DNA of 64,000 bases from an uncultured delta proteobacterium. GTDB taxonomy: Bacteria; Desulfobacterota; RBG-13-43-22. Positions 47,040 to 57,790 of this stretch are shown in pieces. A program made the translations under genes and the position numbers. A model generated the notes under the pieces. That model worked only from the letters and a program-made list of their open reading frames with translations, was not told where the DNA came from and searched no databases. Position 1 is the first letter of the stretch, and each line of letters opens with the position of its first letter. Where the stretch lies: positions 64,001 to 128,000 of the forward strand of contig CAVUPH010000012.1 of the NCBI GenBank assembly GCA_963743305.1, read 5' to 3'.

Positions 47040-48350
47040 TTATTTAACAAGATCATCAATGACGTTATCCAGTGTCTCCCGGGGAAACTCCAGCCCCGTT
47101 CCGAGCCGGGCCAATTCCAACAGGTTCTCCGCGGTCAATTCCGGCGACATCAAGGCAAAGATTGGATGAATGCCGAAGATATAAGCTAGGGCCTGGCGTT
47201 TGGCCCACCAGTCGCCTTCGGCGGACCCGCTGAAATCGGCTCCCAGGGGTTGCGGCGGGGCCCAGGGGCTGAAAGGCGTTTTTCCGATATCCTCCAAAGG
47301 ACCTTGGAGGCCCGGCAGGGATTTCCGGATGGCCTCCATATGGTCGGCGCCGGACTTCCGGCATAACTCGGACACGGCCACCGGATCGAGGCCGTTGCGT
47401 GCGCAGTCTTTCAGCAGGCGGCAGGAATCAACCGCCGAAAGTCCGATCTTTTTGAAGCCCAACAACCCGAAAAGGTCGGTGATCAAGAAACCGGGTTCAG
47501 CCCCTGCGGTCTCCTGGAGCATCCGGGGGTCTTCGTCCAGGAAAACAAAGGTGTTGGTGGCATAGGGGGTGTTAAAACAGGCCCGGTGGCGGTGGGTGAT
47601 GGGGGCCAGCCATTCGGGAACATCGTTTTCGCCCAGAGCGGCGGCTATTTCGGCGATTCCCTTCTTCCCCGCCCAGGGACCTTTCTTGATCTCGCCCAGC
47701 AAAGCCTGGCTTTGGGCGATGAAACCTTCCGCATCGGCAATCTCCAGGAGCCCCATGCCGCGAAAGGCGATCCCCTTTAGTTTTTTCGAGCCGAATAGGC
47801 CGCCGAATCCCCAGCGGTCGCCGCTGCCCCAATAATTGATATGGACCTGGGCCAGACTGGAGGCGGCTTCCCCGGCCGGACCGATGGCCAGGACCTGGAT
47901 GAGATCATCCCCCAGGGACTGGCGAATGGCCTCGGTAGTCTGCCAGAGGTCCCGGCCCCAGAGATCATCGGCCGGGTTGCTATCCAGAATCCCGTCGTGA
48001 AGCCAGAGCGATACCGGACGGGCCGAGGCCCCCTTGATGACCAAATAGTCAAAACCGGAGAATTTCAGTTCCATCCCGGCGTATAAGGTCAAGGGCGCGT
48101 GGCCGACCCGGCCGTTCAGAGGGCTCCTGGCGGTCAGCACCCCCAGCGACGAGCCGGGAACCAGGGTGCCGGTGAGCAACCCGGACCCCAGCACGATCGG
48201 GTCTTCCGCCTCGTATTGGGCGTACAGGGCGGAGGTGATCCCGGCCCCGCCGATTTTTTCCTGGACCAGGCTCTCCTCCAACTCCTCTTCTTTGATCTCG
48301 CCCGTGCTCAAATCGATGATCGCAATTTTATTCGCAGAGAGATTATCCAT
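47040..48350 (-). CDS. Aldehyde ferredoxin oxidoreductase-like protein (N-terminal domain; short, degenerate)
   Basis: IDLSTG, IGGAG, ARSPLNG, LKFSGFDYLVIKG, IGPAGE, GSKKLKGI; only 436 aa. Confidence 0.8.
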   Translation of the reverse strand: MDNLSANKIAIIDLSTGEIKEEELEESLVQEKIGGAGITSALYAQYEAEDPIVLGSGLLTGTLVPGSSLGVLTARSPLNGRVGHAPLTLYAGMELKFSGFDYLVIKGASARPVSLWLHDGILDSNPADDLWGRDLWQTTEAIRQSLGDDLIQVLAIGPAGEAASSLAQVHINYWGSGDRWGFGGLFGSKKLKGIAFRGMGLLEIADAEGFIAQSQALLGEIKKGPWAGKKGIAEIAAALGENDVPEWLAPITHRHRACFNTPYATNTFVFLDEDPRMLQETAGAEPGFLITDLFGLLGFKKIGLSAVDSCRLLKDCARNGLDPVAVSELCRKSGADHMEAIRKSLPGLQGPLEDIGKTPFSPWAPPQPLGADFSGSAEGDWWAKRQALAYIFGIHPIFALMSPELTAENLLELARLGTGLEFPRETLDNVIDDLVK

Positions 48351-48363
48351 TAATGGGGCTCCT

Positions 48364-48714
48364 TTAGTCTAAATAGATGGCGTCCACCGGGCAGAATTGA
48401 AGGCACAAAGGACCCCCTTCCCGGTCCTGGCAAAGGTCGCAGGGTTCGCGGAGGAGCATAGGTTTGGCCGAGGCATCCCCTTTGGACTTTTCATCGACTT
48501 CCCCGATCTTTTTTACCTCCAGCCCTTCCGGCCGGGCAATGACCAGGCTTTCCTCCTCTTTCAAAATCACCCCGAAATAATCTTTTTTTTCTTTAGTCCG
48601 GTAAGTCACAATGCAGGCCGAGAGCAGCGCGAAAGCATCGTCCCGATGATATCCGCAGGCCATCTCGCAGGCCATGCAGGCCGTACATTTTAACGGATCG
48701 ATTTTGACTCCCAT
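48364..48714 (-). CDS. 4Fe-4S ferredoxin-type protein
   Basis: CTACMACEMAC and CDLC...CLQFCPVDAI. Confidence 0.85.
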   Translation of the reverse strand: MGVKIDPLKCTACMACEMACGYHRDDAFALLSACIVTYRTKEKKDYFGVILKEEESLVIARPEGLEVKKIGEVDEKSKGDASAKPMLLREPCDLCQDREGGPLCLQFCPVDAIYLD

Positions 48715-48835
48715 GTCTGGTCTCCTTTGACGGACTTTTTACCAGTCGATAAATTTATGGGACATTTATATAAAAGGTCGATTACAAAAGTCAAACAAAA
48801 ACAGTATAAAAAATATAATTATTATGATATTTCGC

Positions 48836-48865
48836 TTGACACCGCCGTTTTCCTTTGTCTAAGAT
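48836..48865 (+). promoter_or_regulatory. Putative sigma70 promoter of FadR-family gene
   Basis: TTGACA-N18-TAAGAT. Confidence 0.45.
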
Positions 48866-48905
48866 AGCCGCGAAAGCCTACCCCAATTAATCAGGAAGGT
48901 TTCCT

Positions 48906-49796
48906 TTGTTCCAGGCAGCCAGCAAAAGCCACAAAATCTCTGATCAGATTATAGATCAGTTCCGGGACGCCATCCTTTCCGGTCAATTGAAACCCGGCGA
49001 AAAAGTGGCCTCGGAAAAAGAGCTGACGCTCCAGTTCGGGGTCAGCAAAGCCACCCTCCGCGAGGCCCTTCGCGTCCTGGAGGCCATGGGTCTGATCGAA
49101 ATCCGAAAAGGGACGGCCGGGGGGGCTTTTGTCGCCGGAGTCGACATGCGGGCCACGTTGAACAGCCTGGTCAACTTCCTCCGCTTCGAAAAGATCTCCG
49201 TCAGGGAAATCACCATGTTCCGTTATCTGATCGAGCCCACGGTCGCCGGAATCGCCGCCACCGGGATCACGGATAAGGACATATTCAATCTGAGAAAAAT
49301 CATCGGACGGACCGTCACCAAGGGTAAAAATGAGGTTTCCAAAGAAATCGGATTTCACCGCTATCTGGCCCGAATGGTAGATAATACCCTGCTGAATTTG
49401 ATCATAGACTTCGTTGATAATATCCTCAGCTCCCTCAAAACCGAATTGCAACTGGAAGACGTGTTTTACCGAAACGTCCGGACCTCTCATCGATATATAT
49501 TGGAATGCATGATCCAGAAAGACCCCATCGCCGCCGCGGTCGCCATGGGAAACGACCTGATCGAGGTCGGCGACTATCTGGCTGAGGTCACTAAAACCGC
49601 GCCGTTCGACCCCCAGGAACTCCCCCAGTTCTGGTCCTCCGATCACTGGCACCTGCTCTTGAACCCGGGGGCCCGGGTGGTAGCCGAGGGAGATCCGCTG
49701 ATGAAAAACCGGGGGGTTATTTTGAAGCGGGTGGGGACCAGCCCGCTGTTTCTGGCTTCCCAACCCCCGACCGGCATAACCCAACGATCGACCTAG
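48906..49796 (+). CDS. GntR/FadR-family transcriptional regulator
   Basis: LKPGEKVASEKEL...FGVSKATLREALRVLEAMGLI; FCD domain with FHR. Confidence 0.9.
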   Translation: MFQAASKSHKISDQIIDQFRDAILSGQLKPGEKVASEKELTLQFGVSKATLREALRVLEAMGLIEIRKGTAGGAFVAGVDMRATLNSLVNFLRFEKISVREITMFRYLIEPTVAGIAATGITDKDIFNLRKIIGRTVTKGKNEVSKEIGFHRYLARMVDNTLLNLIIDFVDNILSSLKTELQLEDVFYRNVRTSHRYILECMIQKDPIAAAVAMGNDLIEVGDYLAEVTKTAPFDPQELPQFWSSDHWHLLLNPGARVVAEGDPLMKNRGVILKRVGTSPLFLASQPPTGITQRST

Positions 49797-49923
49797 GTAT
49801 TCATTTTCGCAACCCAAAACCGAGAACAGCGGTAAAGGGAGGCGGAAAAGGAAGACGGAGAGAGGTAATTAGAGATTAAATAATGCCCAAAAAAACAAAG
49901 ACCACCTACGGGGAGGATAAGAT

Positions 49924-51441
49924 ATGGCAGACAAACATTTAAAGTATTGTGTCAACAACGAGTGGAGGGAATCCAGCACCGGCAAATGTATGCCGGTGAC
50001 GAATTCCAGCACGGGAGAGATTATGGCGGAGGCCCCTTGCTGTACCGTTGACGAAGTGGAAAGCGCCGTGGCGGCGGCTAAAGCGGCCTTCCCGAAATGG
50101 TCGAGCAAGTCCGTGCAACAGCGAACCGAGTTAATGTTTCATTTCCGTCAGCTTCTGGAGGCCCACCTGGAGGAGTTGACTCTTTCGGTTTCCATGGAGC
50201 TAGGCAAAAACCTGGATGAAGCCCGCGGGGATATCCTTAAAAGCATCGAGGTGGTGGAACTGGCCTGCGCCGCTCCGGTGCTCATGCAGGGGGACGCCCT
50301 GATGAACGTTTCCACCGGGCACGATACGGTCATGTACCGCGAGCCGATCGGCGTTTTTGCGGGGATCGTTCCCTTCAACTTCCCGTCCATGATCCCCTTC
50401 GGCTGGATGATTCCCCTGTGTATCACCATGGGCAACACCTTTGTCCTCAAGGCGGCCAGTCTGACGCCTCAGACCGCGGTGCGGGTTTTGGAACTGCTCA
50501 TCCAAGCCGGAATGCCCCCCGGGGTGGTGAACCTGGTGACCTGCAGCCGCGATGAAGCGGGACTGCTTCTCAAGCACCCCGACGTCCGGGGGATTTCTTA
50601 CGTCGGGTCCACTGCAGTGGGCCGCCATATTTATGCCACGGCCGCCGCCCACGGCAAAAGAGTTCAAGCCCTTTGCGAGGCCAAAAACCACGCCCTGGTC
50701 ATGCGCGATGCCGCACTGGAGCGCTCCGCTTTAGGGATCATCAATTCAACCTTCGGCTGCGCCGGCATGCGCTGCATGGCCTTGCCGGTCCTCTGCGTGG
50801 AAGAGGCCTGTGCCGACGAATTCCTGGGTTACCTGATCAAGTTCGCCAAGGAGCGCAAGGTCGGATGTGCTTACCATCCTGATACGGAACTGGGACCGGT
50901 GGTCTCCGCGGAGCATAAGAAATCGATTATCGACTGGATCAACAAGGGGGTCGCCGAGGGCGCCGAACTGGTTCTCGACGGAAGGGATGTCGTCGTCCCC
51001 GGGTTTGAAAACGGTCACTACATCGGCCCCACCATTTTCGATCATGTCCAGCCGGGGATGAGCGTGGGCGATTCCGAGATTTTCGGTCCGGTGACCTGTA
51101 TCAAACGGGTCAAGGATTTCGAAGAAGGCCTGGCCATCATGAACGCCAGTCCCTTTGCCAACGGATCGGCCATCTTTACTCAAAACGGCTATTACGCCAG
51201 GGAGTTCGCCCGGAGGACCGACGCCGGTATGGTCGGGGTCAATGTAGGCATTCCCGTCCCTATCTCTTACTTCCCCTTTTCCGGACACAAGCAGTCCTTT
51301 TTTGGCGACCTGCATGTCATGGGCCGAGACGGGGTGGCCTTCTACACGGAATCCAAGTGTGTCACCTCCCGCTGGTTCGGTGAAGTAGAGAAAAAAGAGA
51401 CCAAGATCAGCACCTGGGAAGGGACGATTGCCCGGAAGTAA
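49924..51441 (+). CDS. mmsA: CoA-acylating (methyl)malonate-semialdehyde dehydrogenase
   Basis: PFNFPSMIP, AKNHALV, GCAGMRCMAL, EIFGPV, VGIPVP, SFFGDLH. Confidence 0.9.
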   Translation: MADKHLKYCVNNEWRESSTGKCMPVTNSSTGEIMAEAPCCTVDEVESAVAAAKAAFPKWSSKSVQQRTELMFHFRQLLEAHLEELTLSVSMELGKNLDEARGDILKSIEVVELACAAPVLMQGDALMNVSTGHDTVMYREPIGVFAGIVPFNFPSMIPFGWMIPLCITMGNTFVLKAASLTPQTAVRVLELLIQAGMPPGVVNLVTCSRDEAGLLLKHPDVRGISYVGSTAVGRHIYATAAAHGKRVQALCEAKNHALVMRDAALERSALGIINSTFGCAGMRCMALPVLCVEEACADEFLGYLIKFAKERKVGCAYHPDTELGPVVSAEHKKSIIDWINKGVAEGAELVLDGRDVVVPGFENGHYIGPTIFDHVQPGMSVGDSEIFGPVTCIKRVKDFEEGLAIMNASPFANGSAIFTQNGYYAREFARRTDAGMVGVNVGIPVPISYFPFSGHKQSFFGDLHVMGRDGVAFYTESKCVTSRWFGEVEKKETKISTWEGTIARK

Positions 51442-51553
51442 TAACCCGAGGATCGTCATTCCCCACCTTTTGTCGGAGTAGGACAAAAAAAGGAAAGGTG
51501 AAATTAATAACGGCTTTTTGCCATGCTGTCAATCCTGAAACAAGGAGAGTTTT

Positions 51554-52984
51554 ATGCACGTTACCAATAAAGACGTCATATTAGACGAACTGGTCTCTAT
51601 CGTAGGAAAGGATAATGCCACGGCTGCGAAACACATCCGCTATGCCTATTCCTACGATATGTCCTTCGTTACTCCTAAGATGCCCGACTATGTGGTCATG
51701 GCCACCACGGTGGAACAGATCCAGGCCGTCCTGAAAATGGCCAACCGGGAGAAGATCCCGGTGGTGCCCTACACGGCCGGAACCAACATCGGGGGTCTGA
51801 CCATCCCGGAACGGGGCGGAATCATCCTGGATCTGAAACGGATGAATAAGATCCTGAAAATCGACGTCGAATCCCATTATGCCGTGATAGAACCGGGGGT
51901 TTCCCATGGCCAATTGGCCAGCGCCCTCTATAAACATAACCTGCGCTTCGGCTGGCCGGTGGGTCCCCCCTCCGCCTCCGTATCCTCCTGCGCCATTTCC
52001 CACGGGATCGGGGGTTTAAACGCCCGCTACGGCTTGAACAGCCAGGAGATCACCAGTATGGAAGTAGTCCTGCCCACCGGCGAACTGGTGCGGGTGGGCT
52101 CCTGCGCCATTAACGCCGAGGCCTGGCATAGTGTGCTGCCCATGCCCCAACTGGACGGCTTGTTCAAAGGCTGGCTGGGAAGCACCGGCGTGGTCACCAA
52201 ACTGGGAATCACCGTTCATCCCATTCCGCCGGTTTTGAAAGTCTTCACCGTCTCCTGCGAGAACGTGGAAGACATGGTCTCCTACATGATGAATCTAAGC
52301 ACCTATGAGATCTGTGACGACCTGACGGCTGTCTCCTGGTGGCTGGCCCAGGTGCCCATCCCTTATCCCCTCAAACCCAAACCCGATTCCGCCCCGGAAT
52401 GGTTCAGTTTCGCCAATACCAATTCCTTTACCCAGAAGGAAAAGGAAGCCCGGGTGGAAATCTGGGAGACGGTGGTCGAGGAGGAGAAGAAGAAAGGGAC
52501 CTCCCTCCAGGTAACCCAATACCCGGAAGAGGCCCTGCGGGCCCGGACCCAACTGCCCAGCCAGATCGTGGGCTCCACCAAGAACTACTGCAAGCAGGGC
52601 GGCGCGGGCATTTCCTGGCCGGGCACCTTTACCCCGGCCAATAAATGGGCCCCGGTGTATAACGACTGGAAAAAAATCCTCATGGAGCACAACCTGTCCC
52701 CCTCGGTGCGCATGAGCATGTACCGGGGGGTCCACTACGGCATGCTCCGGGCCATGATTCCCTTCAATAAGAAAAGCCCCCAGGAAACGGAAAACGCCCG
52801 GCAGGCCATTGTCGAGTGTCTCAAGGTCGATCTGGATCACGGCGGCATGCCCTACAAGCCCCCGGTGGACTTTGCCCGGGAGATCAACCAGCGGGCACAT
52901 CCGGGGTACCTTTCCCTGCTTAGACAGGTAAAAAAGCTCCTGGATCCCAACGATATTATGAATCCCGGAAAGCTGGGAATATAG
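51554..52984 (+). CDS. FAD-binding oxidoreductase (GlcD/VAO family)
   Basis: IILDLKRMNKI, VIEPGVS, EVVLPTGELVRVGS, LDPNDIMNPGKL. Confidence 0.88.
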   Translation: MHVTNKDVILDELVSIVGKDNATAAKHIRYAYSYDMSFVTPKMPDYVVMATTVEQIQAVLKMANREKIPVVPYTAGTNIGGLTIPERGGIILDLKRMNKILKIDVESHYAVIEPGVSHGQLASALYKHNLRFGWPVGPPSASVSSCAISHGIGGLNARYGLNSQEITSMEVVLPTGELVRVGSCAINAEAWHSVLPMPQLDGLFKGWLGSTGVVTKLGITVHPIPPVLKVFTVSCENVEDMVSYMMNLSTYEICDDLTAVSWWLAQVPIPYPLKPKPDSAPEWFSFANTNSFTQKEKEARVEIWETVVEEEKKKGTSLQVTQYPEEALRARTQLPSQIVGSTKNYCKQGGAGISWPGTFTPANKWAPVYNDWKKILMEHNLSPSVRMSMYRGVHYGMLRAMIPFNKKSPQETENARQAIVECLKVDLDHGGMPYKPPVDFAREINQRAHPGYLSLLRQVKKLLDPNDIMNPGKLGI

Positions 52985-53108
52985 GTGCATCCATTTTTCT
53001 GAGAATTTGTATCTAACAATTAAACCGGACCCATCATTGCATCTCACTATGGGTTTTTTATTTCAGCCAAAAATTTTAAAAGTTTTTGGCTAGGTATTGG
53101 AGGTTGGT

Positions 53109-54431
53109 ATGCATTGGAACATTCCTTCGCTGGAAGATCTGGAAGACGCCATCTGGCGGTGCACGGCCTGCGGGACCTGTAAAGTAACCTACGAATACGG
53201 CCCTCCCTCCCGCTGTCGGGAAATCTGCCCTTCGGGGACGGAATTTGGCTTTGAAGGCTTTATGGCCTCCAAGGGAAAAATCGCCTTTGCCCGGGGAATC
53301 CTCAGCGGCGAACTGGAATGGGACGACGACCTGGCCGAGGCCGTTTACCGCTGCACCCTCTGCGCCGGCTGTCAGACCCAGTGCCAGCTCGACCATAAGC
53401 CCCATATCCCGGAAATTTTTGAAGCCTTGCGACGGAAGGCCGTGGAGGCCGGCGCCGGCCCTCTGCCCCAGCAGAAGGTCATCGCCCAGTCGCTGAAGAG
53501 TTACGACAATCCCTACCAGGGCCCGCGGCGGGTCCGCTGGGACTGGACCCGGCCCTTCAAAAAAGAAAAACGGCCCATCAAGGATATCAATAAGGAAGCG
53601 GCCCCGGTTTTGTACTTTGTGGGGTGTACCGGCGCCTACAACCTCCCGGCCCGAGTCCTGCCTCAGGCCACGGCCTCGGTCTTTCAGAAACTGGGGGTGG
53701 ATTTCGGCATCCTGGGTGAAAACGAACTCTGCTGCGGCTCAACGGCCATGCGGTTGGGAGATGCCGAGGCCTTTAAACGGGTGGCCGAAGCCAATCTGCA
53801 GACCTTTAAAACACTGCATGAAACTCGGGGGGTGGAGACGATCGTCACCGCCTGCGCCGGCTGCTACCGGGCCATCCTCAAGGATTATTCCCTGGCCGAT
53901 GAATACGAAGACCTGATGAAGGGAATTCGAGTCATCCATGTGACGCAGTTTCTCAGCGGACTGCACCAGGCCGGTCGACTGACTTTTTCCCGGCCGGTCC
54001 CCATGAAAGTCACCTACCATGACCCCTGCCACGCGGGCCGGCATTTGACCAAATACCTGGTGGACGAAGACGGCTCCCAGCTCTGGCCCGGGGCCTATAT
54101 CAACCTGAACGAAGAGGACTGCCTGTACGATATTCCCCGGGACCTTTTGAAGGCCATTCCCGGCATCGAGCTGGTCGAGATGGAACGGACCCGGGCCAAT
54201 TCCTTCTGCTGCGGAGGCGGCGGCGGGGTCATGACCGGCTTTCCGGACTGGGCCCAGCGCAATGCCGCCCTTCGCGTCCAGGAAGGGTTGGAAACCGGCG
54301 CCGAACATATGGTCTCCATCTGCCCTTTCTGCCATTTTAATTTGAACCAGGGCGCCCAGGCCATCGGCAGCACCATGAAACTTTACGATCTGATCGAGTT
54401 GATTGACCAGGCGCTTCCCGAAAAGTCATAA
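53109..54431 (+). CDS. Fe-S oxidoreductase, GlcF/HdrD-like CCG protein
   Basis: CTACGTC, CTLCAGCQTQC, LCCGS, YHDPCH, CCGGGGG, CPFC. Confidence 0.88.
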   Translation: MHWNIPSLEDLEDAIWRCTACGTCKVTYEYGPPSRCREICPSGTEFGFEGFMASKGKIAFARGILSGELEWDDDLAEAVYRCTLCAGCQTQCQLDHKPHIPEIFEALRRKAVEAGAGPLPQQKVIAQSLKSYDNPYQGPRRVRWDWTRPFKKEKRPIKDINKEAAPVLYFVGCTGAYNLPARVLPQATASVFQKLGVDFGILGENELCCGSTAMRLGDAEAFKRVAEANLQTFKTLHETRGVETIVTACAGCYRAILKDYSLADEYEDLMKGIRVIHVTQFLSGLHQAGRLTFSRPVPMKVTYHDPCHAGRHLTKYLVDEDGSQLWPGAYINLNEEDCLYDIPRDLLKAIPGIELVEMERTRANSFCCGGGGGVMTGFPDWAQRNAALRVQEGLETGAEHMVSICPFCHFNLNQGAQAIGSTMKLYDLIELIDQALPEKS

Positions 54432-54569
54432 ATCAGATGGCCATCTTCAATTTAGCTTAGCCTGAAAATCGATAGGAGGGGGTGATTTATCCTGCATTAA
54501 CCGATTTTGGTAAAAAGGGCCTAGTGATTCATTCACTTAAACTTTTTTTGATGACTACGAGGAGGGGAT

Positions 54570-55886
54570 ATGGAAACCAAAAAAGGTACGCCGGCAGAAC
54601 AGAATAATGAACCCCAAGGGGTCAATCGTCGTGATTTTTTAAAGACCACCTTGGCCGGGGCGGCAGGACTCTCCCTGAGTTCCTGGGTGGTTACTCCGTT
54701 CACCTACGGAGCTGAAAAACCAATTAAAATCGGCATGATCAATGAGTTGACTGTGGGGGCCACCGAATATGGCTATTGGTTGTCCAAAACCGGCCATGCC
54801 GCCATCAAGAAACTTAATGCCGAAGGCGGCATTGCGGGACGTAAAGTTGAAATAATCGAGTACGACACCAAGTTCAACCCGGCCCAAGGGGCCCAGATGT
54901 TCAAGAAGCTGGCCCTGGAAGATAAGGCGGATTTTATCATGGGGTCTATCCATTCCGGAATTCAACTAGCCTGTTTCCCTCTGGCCGAACAGTTCAAGAT
55001 CCCCTACTTCGGCGGCGGGGCCATGGCTTCTGCTTTGACCGGAAAGGCGGCCGTTCCCTACTACATCCGTATCCACACCCATGCCCTGATGCAGGCCGTG
55101 GCCGGCTGGGAATGGGCCTTCAAAAATCTGGGTAAAAAATGGGCTTTGGTGGTGGCCGATTATGCCTGGGGCCATTCACTGGAAGAAGAGTTCGGCAAAC
55201 GGGTCCAGGCGGCAGGAGGCAAGGCCCAAGGGATCCGCGCCCCCCAGACCACCAAGGATTTCATCCCCTTCCTGCAGAAAATCGACCCGGATATCGACGT
55301 CCTGTTTACCGCCTTCCTCAATCCGGCCGCCCTGGGCGTCATGCGCCAATCCGTAGAATTGGGGCTGCATAAGCGGATGAAGCGCTTTACCGTCATCTGC
55401 TGCACCGAGGGCATCAGCCAGGAGGTGGTCGGGAAAGAATCCGCCGGGGCCTATTATGAGGAATACCATCCCCGTTATTTCAACCAGGTGCCAAAGGAAC
55501 TTCAGGTCTATGAGCGGGCCTACCGCCAGGCCGTGGGGGTCACCGACGACGGAAAAGACACCAAGGATCCCAAGATCACTTCGGCCCACTCCCACATGTG
55601 GTCCATGTGGACCTCTCCCTACATGATTAAATTGGGGGTGGAACAGACGGGTTGGAAAGACGCCTCTAAAAACGCCGATTTTATCAAGGCCGTGGTTAAG
55701 ATGAAGCTCAAGGCCGGGCCCTGGACCCCCCAGGGTGATTTAATTATGCGGGAAGAAGATCATCAGGGCTTTCACGATCATTACATCTCGGAAGTGACGC
55801 CGGACTTGAAACTGAAGGTCCTGCTGCGCATCCCTAAAGAAAAAGTCATGTATGAACCGCAGGTTGATTTGAGGACCAAGCTCTAA
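54570..55886 (+). CDS. Liv-type ABC substrate-binding protein, Tat signal
   Basis: NRRDFLK; LNAEGGIAGRKVE; ADYAWG; MREEDHQ. Confidence 0.88.
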   Translation: METKKGTPAEQNNEPQGVNRRDFLKTTLAGAAGLSLSSWVVTPFTYGAEKPIKIGMINELTVGATEYGYWLSKTGHAAIKKLNAEGGIAGRKVEIIEYDTKFNPAQGAQMFKKLALEDKADFIMGSIHSGIQLACFPLAEQFKIPYFGGGAMASALTGKAAVPYYIRIHTHALMQAVAGWEWAFKNLGKKWALVVADYAWGHSLEEEFGKRVQAAGGKAQGIRAPQTTKDFIPFLQKIDPDIDVLFTAFLNPAALGVMRQSVELGLHKRMKRFTVICCTEGISQEVVGKESAGAYYEEYHPRYFNQVPKELQVYERAYRQAVGVTDDGKDTKDPKITSAHSHMWSMWTSPYMIKLGVEQTGWKDASKNADFIKAVVKMKLKAGPWTPQGDLIMREEDHQGFHDHYISEVTPDLKLKVLLRIPKEKVMYEPQVDLRTKL

Positions 55887-55910
55887 TCGCCGAGCCTTTA
55901 GCCTATTGTC

Positions 55911-55950
55911 GACCGGTTTCCCTTTCCCGCCCGGGGGAGAGAAACCGGTC
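55911..55950 (+). terminator. Intercistronic hairpin after SBP gene (terminator or mRNA stabiliser)
   Basis: GACCGGTTTC...GAAACCGGTC stem. Confidence 0.55.
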
Positions 55951-55969
55951 TCAACCCGTCCCTAAGGAG

Positions 55970-56830
55970 TTGCCCACCATGCTTTCCAATGTAGCCGTGG
56001 CGGTTATAAACGGCGTCATCTGGGGTTTGATCATGGCCCTCATCGCCCTGGGTTTGAACATGATTTTCGGCCTGCTGCACATTATCAACATGGCCCACGG
56101 AGTCCTCTACATGCTGGGGGCCGTGGTGGCCTGGTATATTATCAATCTGACCGGCAACTTCTGGATCGCCCTGATCCTGGCCCCGGTTGTAGTCGGGGTG
56201 ATCGGGATGGCCATAGAGCGGGGGCTCCTCCGCACCATTGAAGACCAGCCCATCACCACCATCATCTGCACCTTCGGCATCATGCTGGCCGCCCAGCATC
56301 TGGTCTTCATGACCTTTGGGGGCACACCCCAACGGATCAATATTCCCATTGAGGGACGATTTCAGCTTTTTCAATTGCAATATCCCCTGATGCGGGTGGT
56401 CATCGCCGCTATCTCCATCGGGGTCATGATCGCCCTTTGGTTTCTCTTAAACAAGACCAAGTACGGGCTCTGGATGCGGGCCGTAGTCCAGGACCGAGAG
56501 ATGGCCGTGGGCATCGGAATTCCGGTACACCGGGTCTATATGTGGACCTTTGTCCTGGGATCGGCCCTAGCGGCCTTCTCCGGAGTTTTGGCGGCCCCCA
56601 TTGTCTATGTGGATTTCATGATGGGCCGGGAAATCCTGATCATGGCCTTCATCATCGTCATCGTGGGGGGCATGGGAAATCTGGAGGGATCGGTCCTGGC
56701 AGCAATTATTATCTCCCTGATCCAGGGGGTGGGCTCGTTATTCGTTCCACCGGCCATGGCTACCGTCTTTGCCCTGGCCTTCATGATCATTGTCCTTTTG
56801 TTTCGCCCTCAAGGGCTTTTTGGAGAATAG
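55970..56830 (+). CDS. Branched-chain ABC permease (LivH-like)
   Basis: ALGLNMIFG, NMAHG, GGMGNLEG, RPQGLFG. Confidence 0.9.
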   Translation: MPTMLSNVAVAVINGVIWGLIMALIALGLNMIFGLLHIINMAHGVLYMLGAVVAWYIINLTGNFWIALILAPVVVGVIGMAIERGLLRTIEDQPITTIICTFGIMLAAQHLVFMTFGGTPQRINIPIEGRFQLFQLQYPLMRVVIAAISIGVMIALWFLLNKTKYGLWMRAVVQDREMAVGIGIPVHRVYMWTFVLGSALAAFSGVLAAPIVYVDFMMGREILIMAFIIVIVGGMGNLEGSVLAAIIISLIQGVGSLFVPPAMATVFALAFMIIVLLFRPQGLFGE

Positions 56831-56839
56831 AGGTCGGTC

Positions 56840-57790
56840 GTGTCCGGTCATCCGCAAAAATCAACCGGGTTTATCCTGGGTTTCTCGATGGTACTCTTGG
56901 TCCTGATCGCTGTGCCTTTTTTTATGGGGCTCTTTTACCAAACCTTCCTGACCGAAGTGCTGGTTTGGGTCCTCTTTGCCGTCTCCTTTGACCTGATCTT
57001 CGGCTATACGGGCCTGCTCAGTTTCGGACAAGCCCTTTTCTTTGGTCTGGGGGCCTATTGCATCGCCATCCCCGTTTCGAAATTCGGCCTGGGACCTGCA
57101 CCGGCTTTTATGCTTTCCATCGTGGTCCCCATGCTCTTTGCCTGGTTTGTGGGCTATTTTTCCGTAAAACTGTCCGGGATCCACTTTGTTATTATTACCC
57201 TGATCTTTGCCCTAATCGGCAGCACCATCGGGGAAACCTGGCCTTCCCTGACCGGCGGCGCTGACGGTCTGACCATCCCCCTCAGCCCCCTGCAAATAGG
57301 CCCTTTAAAAATCGATTTCGTCGATATCAAGACCAACTATTATCTGGTCCTCATCGTGGTGGCCCTCTGCTTCCTGTTGTTGAGACGGATGGTGCAGTCG
57401 CCCCTGGGCAAGGTCTTTATCGCCATTCGGGAAAACGAGGATCGAGCTCGACTGATTGGCTACAATGTCCAGCGCTACAAGCTGCTGGCCTTCGTAATTG
57501 CCGGCGGTCTCAGCGGCCTAGCCGGAGGGTTGTACGGAATTACCTTGAAGTACGCCTCAGCCAATTTTCTACACTGGGGGGTCTCCGGCCACGCGGTCGT
57601 CTATACCATTGTGGGAGGCATGGGGACCCTTTTCGGGCCGGTGTTGGGAACGGCTATCATCATGTCGCTGGAACATTATTTGGTAGACTACATGCAGGGC
57701 ACCGACCTGGTGATCGGGATGGTCCTGGTCTTTATGGTGCTGGTCGCCCCCAAGGGTCTGGTGGGTCTCCTGCAAAGAAAAGGGAAATAA
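56840..57790 (+). CDS. Branched-chain ABC permease (LivM-like)
   Basis: GYTGLLSFGQA, TGGADG, AIRENE, GGMGTLFGP. Confidence 0.9.
   Translation: MSGHPQKSTGFILGFSMVLLVLIAVPFFMGLFYQTFLTEVLVWVLFAVSFDLIFGYTGLLSFGQALFFGLGAYCIAIPVSKFGLGPAPAFMLSIVVPMLFAWFVGYFSVKLSGIHFVIITLIFALIGSTIGETWPSLTGGADGLTIPLSPLQIGPLKIDFVDIKTNYYLVLIVVALCFLLLRRMVQSPLGKVFIAIRENEDRARLIGYNVQRYKLLAFVIAGGLSGLAGGLYGITLKYASANFLHWGVSGHAVVYTIVGGMGTLFGPVLGTAIIMSLEHYLVDYMQGTDLVIGMVLVFMVLVAPKGLVGLLQRKGK

Noticed and set aside
47040-48714. BamBC class II benzoyl-CoA reductase
   Set aside because: Too short, lacks the Fe-S ligands, and no bamDEFGHI adjacent.
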